Part shown: positions 38,201 to 49,000 of the stretch, one piece after another
Numbering within the stretch: the stretch's first letter is position 1
How the letters are laid out: every line of letters begins with the position of its first letter
NCBI GenBank assembly: GCA_002633005.1
Contig: NMRA01000435.1
Span: forward strand, 1-64,000
Direction: 5' to 3'
Length of the DNA: 64,000 nt
Origin: Phoronis australis
Lineage: Eukaryota; Animalia; Phoronida
Made by a program: the position numbers and the translations under genes
Notes under the pieces: generated by a model
Seen by the model: only the letters and a program-made list of their open reading frames with translations
What the model was told of the DNA's origin: nothing
The model's database searches: none

Positions 38201-41200
38201 TGACCACTAGGTGGAGCAAGCTGCTGGGTACCATCCTGGGATGATGTTTTAAAGCCACACACCTTATTTTCGTCATTCACAAAAGTTTTTTGTGGCGTTG
38301 GTGGCTGTACGGTTGTGATGACAGGCGCTAACACCGTTTTGGCCGGGGGTGTCTTAAATTGGTGGTGTTGGGGTGGGTCTCCTAAAACGATCTTAGCCTC
38401 TACAGGCTTAGTCGCACTATCTCCTGGAAAGTACACTTGTTTGTAAAGCAAATTCAAACAGTTTCTAACACTCCCCTATTAAATCCTGAGTACAGATTAT
38501 CGTTCATATTAACTGCAAAAATTTTCATTTACAATGTACAATATCATGAAAAATATCCACTTAGAGATTAACCGGATTATCTATGAAAATAATAGGTATC
38601 TCTATTGAAAACACACAGTGGAAAATAACTCCAATTTCTTGCATGGTTGGACAGACAGACAGACGGACACTGACAGACAGACAAACAGACAGACAGATGG
38701 AATGAAGGTCACTGAGTAAAGGAGTGACTAACACATGGTGAAGTAGATTCTTCATAGTCTCCTGAAGTCATGTGTCCCATTGTACGCGAGCTTGCGAATA
38801 TTTTTAACAGACACACATAGTTTGTGACACAGCAGTATTCTCATTATTGACAGTGACATCCGCTCAATACAACGCTATATCACAGGATTAGGCCAAAGAA
38901 AACAGCAAAATTGTTTCTGGTCTGTGCAATACTCATTTTGAAACCTGTGCCTCGGTGCTTAAGGAAAGAAAAACGACTGCACATTACTTCAATATCATAC
39001 TTTCAGTAAGTATCATACAGTCATAGAGATAACAGACACTAAAATACGGAGGTAACCCACGAATAGTTCTCATAATTGGTGTGAGTGATGTCCAAATCTT
39101 CCATTCCAGAGGTTCGAGTTGAAACCAGAATCTTACAAGAAAGCAGTCAGTAGAACACTTCACTCCTCGCAAAACTTTCCCTAACTTCAATTCGAAACAG
39201 TAGTTTTTGCAAATTACACTCAACAATCCTCAGTACGTCATTATCGCTAAGCAAAACACCGGACTACTATGTCTTCACAGCACTCTGTTGCGGATTTAAC
39301 TTACTATTTCCATCTCTAGTGAAGGCAGCTTTTTGCCTTTCTCTATTAACATCATCTGGCGATGGTGTCGTAAAGTCAAACGGCACAACTGCCTGATATA
39401 CAGAGTCTAGACCAACATCACGAACCGACTGACAAGCGAAGGAAAACCTCTTGTATCTCACTTTACGATTCTTAGATTCACGTCTGCTCCACTGATTACA
39501 CACGAGTACGTCTGCTAGAGTACTAGGTTGACCGGCAAACCTTTCCACAGAAATGGAATTAACGGCAAGATCAAACAGATGAGTTTGTTGCTTCTCATTG
39601 TTTACCGAGACCAATGACTCATTGTCGACATCATGTGGTAACACGGTAACGCACAGGCCGGTTTTGAGAGTAGTTTTGGGTTTTGTTTCCAACTGACCAC
39701 CAGGAGACATTGACAGGGCTTTGAGTTTTGTCAGATCGATTAGCGTCTTGGTGCTATCTTCCTTGTTTCTCAGTCGAGAATTATTTGTAATGGGAAACTG
39801 GCAAGTCACTTCGGCGAGACTTTCTCGGGGTATTCGCGGTGGGTTTGATATTTTACTTTCTCCAAGTTGTTTATTGAGATCTGCCAGGGCAGACCGTTGC
39901 TCAACTGGTACATTAGTGTTTGACAGTCTATCGCTCGAGCTGTCCGTCTGCTTTTGCACAGACGATAAGCCAACATGCTTTTCCATGTGTCCTTTTGCCA
40001 ATGACACCAGCGATGGTGATCCACTTCCCATCGAAGATGGCTTTTGTGTCTTTGAATGAAGCTGGGCAAGAGAAGTTAGAGAGGTACTAAAGGTGCTTCG
40101 TGCAGTCGGTGAACTGAGCAAATTTGGCGGATTATGTCCTGAGGTTTGGAGCCCACAAACATTACCACTTTTGGTTGTCTGTTGGTGGCACTGGGCCAGT
40201 GCAGTCAGACTCGAGGTGGTTTTCTTCCCTGTCTGACTAATGGTAGAATGATGGATGCTACCCATACGAGCAGGCGGGCCAACTGAATTTGGTGAATTTT
40301 GCGGCGAGTCACTGGAATTCTGAAGTCCTAATAAACTTCTGCCCCCAACTGCCCGTTGATGAGACTGCGCCAAAGCGGACAGACTCGAAGCTGCTTTCTT
40401 TGTGGGGAGACTGCCTACCGTTCTCAAAGGGCTCTCAAATTTAAAAGACAGAGAAACGTTTGGTACATGAGAGGCTGCCCTTTTATCATGAAGTGTTGTC
40501 ACAGAAACATTTATATCCTTTGAGTTTAAATTGTGAGTGGATTCTAGCGTATTAAAACTGTTCTGTTTATTAAGACCGAAATCAAACTGAAATTTGCATT
40601 CATCTTCTTACCTTACCGATGCCAAAGAAATGATGCAGAGCAAGTCGAGGTAATCACATGATGGAGGTGGGAGTCGATGTGACGGAACAGCCAATCCAAC
40701 AGAAGCAGCCACCACCAACATCCACAGGGGACACAATCACCAAGCAAAGAGGAAAGAGATATTGAAAGGCAACATATTAGAATGCTTTGAAATTATTAAA
40801 CCATGTAATCAGTATGGTGATTATGCTGATAGAAACTCATCACAAAAGGGAAGAAGAGACAAAATGTTTGGTTTTGATCATAGTTGCTTAAATACTTTAC
40901 AACTTGGGTTGTATTGTAACTTACGACAAACACAGCAAAGAAATGTCGTAACTAAAAGAAATGTTCATGGTGAGTTCGACTTACAATCATTTTCAGCACT
41001 TTACGTGTAAAAAAACCGGTGGCAAAAATTTTTAATATGGCAATTAACAATGCCACACACTAAAATATAGCTGAAATGTGACTAACTTCAGCAAAACTTG
41101 AATATTTGAGATGTACCCCCACAACTGAATCTAATCAACTGCACACTCAATATGACAGAGAAAAACCTGCATTTCACCCTGTTTAGCTGGCTAAAAAACG

Positions 41201-44200
41201 AAAAATCGAATTCCGCCTTCTATTCTCATCAAATCAGAGTCATAATATTTCTCGCTGTGATTTGATTTCCGTTACCAAAAAAAACATCGAAACCATCAGC
41301 AATTCAAGAACACGTTTCAGTTTATTAGGGATGACCCCACCTTCAAATTACTCATTCAAAAATGGTGCAACTCAGTTGGCACGCTCATTTGACAGAAATT
41401 CAAGGTTGGAAGTGCATGGTAATATTCTAAATCCCAAAGTTGTGGTTAAGTTTTCAACATTGACAGCTAAACAGCAGTGAGGAGCCCCTTTAACATGACA
41501 TAAAAACATCAGACTACGCCTACCTTTCATTCTCCTTCTGTTCCTAGGTTCTCGCTGTGGCTTTGGAGCATCTGAAACCATGATTTCTGGTGTATAGAAA
41601 ATTTCAGTTAGGAAGCACAAGGACAGGTATCACAATTTACCCATGATGCATCTTCATCTACAAAGCTAACCGCAGTACTTGACCCAATTTAATGGCGTGT
41701 TTATTATAGATTTTGAATATATCCATAAACTCGCAGATAATACTTCAAAAAATCATCAAACAAATGCTCAAAATCTGTAACATTTAAAAGCCCATATGTA
41801 ATGATTTTTATGCCCTAAAAACATGTAGAATATGTAAACCCACAATAGATGTCAGTTCTGTCTTTCAACTTCTAGTCAAGGCAACACAGTGCCATCTTCC
41901 ACACTCACCCTGCAGTCTTAGAATACAGTCTAGTGACCTTTCTAAGTCAAAATCGTTATGTATAATTGTGTCGATAAGCACGTGGTCAGGTGTGGTGTCG
42001 CCGGTGATGTTGCGAATCCCTTCAAGGCAAGAGTTGAGCCGAGCTGATGTGGAAAAATGGATATGAAATCATCATCAGTCAATATCAAAAGGCTGTGAAT
42101 AATGGAAGTTTATCTGATCTCTTTTATGATATCTACAAACTGCAAACCATGCTTGAAATAGACTAAACTGTTCTTAATATTTATCTTTGTGTAAACATTT
42201 ACCAAAATGTCACTTGTTACCCACATTGTGTTCTAAATAAGTGAAGAATTACTGTATTTATGTCTTGTACTGTACAAGTCCTTACAAACCCGTCAATCAC
42301 CAGACATATACAATCAATTAAAGATACATAATTTTCATATCCCCACCTAGTTACTGCCACTGTTCACCACTATTCAACAGTGCAATAAGCACATAAGTAG
42401 TCTCAGCTTTGTCTGTCAGAGCATTCTGGAAGAGGCAGTTCCAAATGCCACAATTTGACCTCAACTCTCCGTTTTTATCTTGCACCGCAGTGCACTTATT
42501 TGACAATAACAGCACTTTTAATTTTTTGACTCTTTTTAAGTCAGAATGTTCAACAAGTTAAAGACCATGCTCTGCGCATAAACTGATCTACCACGATAAG
42601 ACAACCTATCAAGCCTGAAGCAATAATGTAATTTTTTTCCAAACCCTGCAGAAATGACCAATAAACTAAGTAAGGAACTGGACAAGATTGGCTTTATAAT
42701 GGCAAGTAGTCCAAATCAAAGCTTAATTGTCGTAAAGCAAGCTGAGTTTATAGCAGTTTTAACACACATCTCTGTACAATGCAACTAACCTTCATCGATG
42801 TCAGACAGCTGTGGTCGTTTGTAATTTGTAGAGTCACACAAAGGATCGTTGCTGGCCTCGTCGTCACTATCGTTAGGTTCCGCCTCCTCGGGGATGTCTT
42901 CCTCTGTGATGTACGTGGCCAAAGACGGTTGACTGTCTCTGTTGAACGTGAACTGTGCAGCTAGAACGAGTGCTCATTGAATGAATATCTTGATTTCACG
43001 ATGGTAAAATCTCACATATTTCCGACACAAATAATTCATCTTTTTGTAGGCTTATAACATTGTTGTATTTATTACTATTTATTTATTAATGTAATATTTA
43101 CATTGAGGATAGCCCCATCAGTTCACACTGCTTTCCATGGGAGCCCTCAGTAAAAACATACAGACAGCAAGACAAACAGACAGAATTACAAAATGAAAGA
43201 CAATATCTAAATAATCAATAAAGAATAAGAAATTAACATGAAAACGATGAAATAAAATAAAAAATAAATTATGATAAATAGAAGATAAAGAAAGTAAGAC
43301 AAAAGATGATTAATTAAAATATAAATATAAATAATTAAAAACAGACAATAAATAATCAATAAAAGTAAGACATAACATGCATATATTGTGAAAGCCACAA
43401 TGTTTCAAAACATAGTACGGAGGTAGTAATGGTACAGAACTTGATAACGATATTAAACTATTTGATGCTGCTTCACATGTACCAAAAAAGAACAGATAAG
43501 TTTCATTTGTCTACTATAGAGTCCTTAGATTCCACTGTATGAAGGCTACTGGAAGACACACACACACACGTGTATGTATACCTGCTAAAATTGACTTGAG
43601 AAGCAAGAAATGAATCTGAAGGATCTGGCAGCAGGCCTTTATCCAGGATTTCGAAAATAGGGTGTACAAAATGGAGTTCCAATACTCCAGGGCGTCCATG
43701 ATTCAGACGCGTAACCCCCCACCCCCGCAATCCCCTCAAACACACAGATTTTTTTACAAAAAATGCACAGACCAAAGTTTTTACATCTAAGTTTACAAAA
43801 CATCCTTCTGTAGTGAGCANATAACATGCATATATTGTGAAAGCCACAATGTTTCAAAACATAGTACGGAGGTAGTAATGGTACAGAACTTGATAACGAT
43901 ATTAAACTATTTGATGCTGCTTCACATGTACCAAAAAAGAACAGATAAGTTTCATTTGTCTACTATAAAGTCCTTAGATTCCACTGTATGAAGGCTACTG
44001 GAAGACACACACACACGTGTATGTATACCTGCTAAAATTGACTTGAGAAGCAAGAAATGAATCTGAAGGATCTGGCAGCAGGCCTTTATCCAGGATTTCG
44101 AAAATAGGGTGTCCAAAATGGGGTTCCAATACTCCAGGACGTCCATGATTCAGACGCGTAACCCCCCACCCCCGCAATCCCCTCAAACACACAGATTTTT

Positions 44201-45669
44201 TTACAAAAAATGCACAGACCAAAGTTTTTACATCTAAGTTTACAAAACATCCTTCTGTAGTGAGCATTTTTCTAAAAAAAAACTGTAGACCAAGACTTTT
44301 ACAATGCTATCAACCAAGTGTGAGCATAGCAACATAGTATGTACTCTGTATATACAATGTATATTTCTTCCTGCTTTGAAAAAAGAGCCACCACTGTGAG
44401 TCTTCATAGGCTTCCTAGTAATCATTACAATGTGTGTGTCCAAACTTGAAAGGTTCATATTGATAGTGGGCGTCCATATGATACATTGTCCATATTAGTG
44501 CTAGGGCGTCCATTTGGATGCCCAGGACATACGCTGCATAAAGGCCTGTCTGGCAGTATGGTCAAGTGGGATTCAGAAAGCAACCCGCAATCTTTGAACT
44601 GGGATACACAGACTCAAACACCACTCTGGTGATATTAGACAAACTAATTGGCATTGAAAATCTCTACTGCAGAGTTGTCCTCTTAACTTTCCTATCAATA
44701 ACAGGGATTTAGAAATACAGAAACAATTTAAAAGTGATGAACATCATTTGAAAAATTACTATGCAGTCCTCATCGAATGACAATCCATAACACAATACAT
44801 TGTTTTTTTTATGACAAAATGGACCAGAAAGCATTCCTCAATATTCAATTTCGTCTTAAGCTAACATTGGCAATAATTGAACTGTTGCTCGAGGTTTAAA
44901 TTGTTTTTTCCTTACTTTACCAACAAAGAGAGAGAATACACAAACCAGTGCCAGGCGATACACAGTAATCGTCCTCCACAGAGTGACCATATGAGAAGTC
45001 ATCGTAACCATCATACTCTGAAATGGAAAAGACATCTTTTGAATTCAACGCAAACTGTACAACAACATTTTAATGTATTTACTATAACATTACGAACAGC
45101 TAGGACAAAGTTCAATGTGATATTATTCTTACTGTTGATAATTCTGGTTCTAGGCATAAGTAATGTACAAAACTGGATAATTAAAAGATTAGATAACAGT
45201 CGGATAGATGGGTCCCTGATTTAAAAGTGATTTTAGAACCAGTTACTGCCACTGAATAATGTCAGTTAATCAGCAGTAGTAACTGGTTCTCAAATCAGAG
45301 AGCCATCTATTGGACAAGCAACATCATGGATACCATCAAACATCATGTCAACCTGGTGCCGTCTGGAAAGAATGCAAAATATTCTGTGACTTTGGTAGTG
45401 AAACTGGTGAAAACAGTAGTCTGACTGTCAAATTGGCTTTCAGGTAACTGGCTTGAGTAGTTTTGATACCAGCGTCCGATAAGGGACTGATGACGTGACG
45501 TCTGATCTCGAATTACCTGTCTTGATTATATAGAGAATGATCTGTTGAACAGATGAAGAACGAATTTATGTTGTTTTCGGATTCGTAATTTCAAGTTGTA
45601 TTCATGAACTCTATTGGAGAACCTACCGTCTTCATAATTCATCCCACGAACGTTTCTGTGCCTAGACAT
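30498..45669 (-). CDS. HBS1L: HBS1-like translational GTPase (partner of Pelota/Dom34), 742 aa, 17 coding exons
   Basis: Exons 45669-45627, 45017-44946, 42960-42790, 42043-41909, 41571-41524, 38423-38030, 37584-37499, 37020-36861, 36406-36294, 35475-35359, 34473-34240, 33702-33529, 32686-32591, 32041-31938, 31451-31351, 31008-30864, 30533-30498. All are phase-compatible (2229 nt). HBS1 N-terminus [12 protein letters not shown]...[20 protein letters not shown] motifs [27 protein letters not shown]-terminal LGRFMLR...TIAAGLVTE. The last exon ([11 protein letters not shown]) is the least certain. Confidence 0.96.
32100..32210. repeat. (CAG)n microsatellite in an HBS1L intron
   Basis: Run of agc triplets with cat/tac interruptions. 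Confidence 0.95.
34520..34760. repeat. Dispersed DNA-transposon-like repeat (inverted relative at ~47700-48050)
   Basis: atatggccgacaagtgagatt (~34550) matches the reverse complement of aatttctcttgtccgccatat (~47933). Inverted pair ttatttagcaca/tgtgctaaataa. Confidence 0.45.
36064..36208. repeat. 18-bp minisatellite, ~8 copies
   Basis: Unit tggcattgtgggtaaata. Confidence 0.95.
39267..40606 (-). CDS. HBS1L: Alternative terminal exon of HBS1L encoding a SKI7-like/HBS1LV3 isoform (exosome-SKI complex adaptor); ~602 aa with exons 1-5
   Basis: Stop-free frame 40606-39267 within intron 5, in phase with exon 5 if the AG at 40608-07 or 40605-04 is used. It ends [26 protein letters not shown], matching the recalled HBS1LV3/SKI7 motif PFDFxxxSPDDIV...[20 protein letters not shown] resembles the upstream AxPSxFA motif. 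The exact acceptor is uncertain. Confidence 0.88.
44079..44548 (+). mobile_element. hAT-type MITE (family A, copy 2)
   Basis: TIRs caggcctttat/ataaaggcctg. Perfect 8-bp TSD tctggcag at 44071-44078 and 44549-44556. A partial duplicate at ~43631-43819 is probably an assembly overlap. Confidence 0.92.
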
Positions 45670-46016
45670 TCTTTCGGTTTCTAGCAGCACCTTATTTGAA
45701 GAAATAACACTGAGTTTACAGCACTTTCTTTCTCACAAAGGTGAACTTCGGCAACTTGACCGCCATAATGATGACAGAAAAGAAAGCCAGCTGTGCTTCA
45801 AATGCTTTCACTTCGTAAAAATCCAATTTTTCCCCATCCCACAAGTTCGGAGTCTAAAATCGTTATATCGGAATTAAATTTAATATCATAGAATATAAAT
45901 GGCTGTAAATGAAAGTTGTATGCTAGATATTTGTCAATTGCAACCCTACTGGTATACGAACATAAAAAGTCGCATTAAAGCTGAACTGATGAAAGCGACC
46001 TCTACAACTTGCAACG
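45670..46016. promoter_or_regulatory. Bidirectional promoter shared by HBS1L and PREB
   Basis: The two divergent ATGs are separated by only 347 bp. Confidence 0.75.
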
Positions 46017-49000
46017 ATGGCACCCAAAAATGGGATAACGCTAGCAGAAGTCAATACACCCCTTTATGCCATACGTATGCTTGGCGACCGCCATGTACTT
46101 GTTGCTGGTGGTGGTGGCCAGGCGAAAACGGGTGTTCAGAATCTTGTGGTAAGACNCCGGACAAAATGTTGGGCCCCCCCCTAGTGATATCCTAGATCCG
46201 CCACTGTGAATAACGATGCAGTGTAACAAATGCTACCGAACTGGTTGAATATAGTGGTCCCTGATTTAGAGAACCAGATTCTTCCACTGAATAACAAGCC
46301 TATTGTTCAGTGATTGCCCAGGAGTACTAGGTGATTACCTGGTTATGAGCCGAGGCAAATCAGAGACCACCTTTTCCGACCAGTACCCATGCTGCATTAT
46401 TAAACAGTCAACCTTCTCAATTGGCATGAAAACTCTGCCTTGAGTCATTCATCTACTTAATGTACTCCAATCTGCTATACCCAAATCGAGAGCAGAGTAG
46501 TTTTGACCTTCAATGCTGAAAACAAGCTCAGCTGTTTTGTATTGTGAATATGAAACTGTCTGAAGTTTTATTGGCTTCTTTACTCGAATATGGCAACTCA
46601 AAATTTACAAAGAATTAAAAAAACACTTATTTTTTATTTTTGTTTACAGTAAATACATCATTCTTCTTCAGGGCCAAGTGGAAACAATACAGTCTAAGGA
46701 AAAATATGATAATCAATAATATAATAATTTAGGGTTATGAAATTTCCTTTAAAAATTGAAAGTCTGGCAAATTGTCACTTGAAAATTAAACAAAACATAA
46801 CTGGACTTTATTTCTATTAATAAAGTAGCCATCACAAGAAATACTGTTTTATTCAAGCGATCTGTTTCTGTTTCAGGAAGTTTTTGAGCTGAAGAAGACA
46901 GATGAAGGCTGTGTTTCCAACAGTGTGTGTAGACATGACACGGGTTCTATGGCCATAATGAATCTGTCCGTAATGACAGAAGGTCAGAGTAAATACGTCA
47001 TAGCTGCGGGAATGGACGAAAAGTGTCAGTTATACATGATGAGGCAAAGAGTGGTTGACCCATCACCAGGTAGTTAGTTCTCAATGCTGCTCAAAGCATT
47101 ATTTCTTATGTAGCTGCTGCTAAAATACAAAATAAAAGAAGATAATATATATGTAAATGTTGAACTGGCATGGAAATGTAGATGACAAACAATTTTAAGT
47201 CTGGTCTGCACGCCACCTAGTGAGGATAAGTCTGAAAAGATTTCCCGGTCGGGGTGCAGAAATCTTTTCAGACTGATAGTATTTAGGTTGTTTGATGTGA
47301 CCAACAGGTGGCATGCAGAGCAGACTTAATGTTAAAAGAATTCCAAACCCAGTTTCGCCTGTTAACAGTTATTAATCAACTTTCCATTCAGCTCTAAAAC
47401 AAAATAATGCTCAGTAAGCCTCGTCTGCTATATTCTGTATTTTAATTTGCAGAATCAGAAACAAAAGTGCGTCGAAGGAAGGGTCACCTGACGGATGCCC
47501 GTGACAACCAAAGTGCTCAGCAGATGTCGACAACTTTTTCACTGGACTCTATCGGCGATACTCAGACAGACTTTCACGAAGACGGTGGATTCCAAAAAAA
47601 TGTTGTATTCAGTCCTTCCAAAGAGTTCTTGCTAACTGGTGGCGCTGACGGCTTCATTAGGGCATGGAAGGTCTGTACATTAGATATCATGCATGAATAT
47701 GACTAGGTAGAATCAAAATCGTCAAGTTCAAACTAGAATACTGTAATATTTCACCAATTTCTGATAAAAATAATTGACAAAATTACATTTTTTCATTTTT
47801 CAAGGTCTTCCAACATTATGAATGCTCACATTTTTGTCGAAATATTTTCTGTTGGTAGCTATGGTACATATCTTGAACACTGTAATGCATTGATTTGATG
47901 CTGCGTATCTTTATGAAAAAAATGATTAAATAAATTTCTCTTGTCCGCCATATCGGTTTTTGAATTAGTAAAACTTTATTGTAAGTCAAATTTATTGTAG
48001 GGAAGCTAGGCATGAAACCAATCTACAAACTACACAGTAATTTTGTGAGTAACAACTGGCAATGAATTGTTATGAGAAGACCTTTTACTTGTATTTTAGA
48101 TAAAATAAATCAGTCACCCACAGTCACAGTCTATCGTTCATTAACTAAAAATTCTCATCTCATTTGGTAAATTTTATGATAACTAATATAAAATTAATCA
48201 GCATTATTGTTTATTTATTATCAAAGCTATTAGGGTAGAGATTTTCATTTTCAAAAATAAAAATCCATTTTAGCAGGCTGAAAATTCTGTTTTTTTCTGT
48301 TTTGTGAACTGGCAAATTCCGTTTTACTATCTCAAAATGCCAGTTAGCAGAAGAATGGCTTGGGATTTCTCCTTTTTTGTAGTTGAAAAACTAGAAATAT
48401 TATGCGCTATGGTACCTTCTACTGAAATATGTAAATTTTGTTCGAATGCTCTAATTCCTGAAAGAAGTCCTTTGTTGCGGAAATTGGGGATCTCTATTTG
48501 AGACGGCATCCTAACTTTTTAACAGACATTGCCTTCTCTTACAGTTTCCTAGTTTAGAAATGATGTATGAAGTTGAAGCTCACTCAAATGAAATTGACGA
48601 CATGGATATTTCTCCCAGTGGGTCTAAAGTAAGTAACCCAGTTGTTGAACCACTCTGGAAGTACGTTTTTCTCTTTGCTATTCATTTAAGCATGATTTTT
48701 GTTTGTTAACTTTCCTGTCTTTATTTGTTCAATATTTTTTCATCTCTTCATATATATTTTTCCTCTTTTAATAGGATTTCCTCTTTTTTGGTTTCTATTT
48801 CCCCCGTATTTGATTTCCAGTTTCTTCTTTTTCATTCCTTTGTTGTTATTGTTTTGACTTAATTCACACAAAAAAAACAATTCTTGCAGTTAATTTTTAC
48901 AATAACACAAAAATTATTTCTATCATGTCAACCTTTTCATTTGTAGAGCGATATGTCAGCTTGAAAATTTTCCTCTTTTTGTCATTGGTCATCACAAGCC

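Noticed and set aside
39721-40059. 112-aa plus-strand ORF
   Set aside because: Antisense shadow of the SKI7-like exon.
43372-44266. ~450-bp tandem duplication with a half MITE
   Set aside because: The junction is exactly at N 43820, so this is an assembly artefact.
46157-46207. Segment after the N next to PREB exon 1
   Set aside because: It is the terminus of a common hAT-type MITE (ctagatccgccactg) truncated by an assembly gap, not coding sequence.
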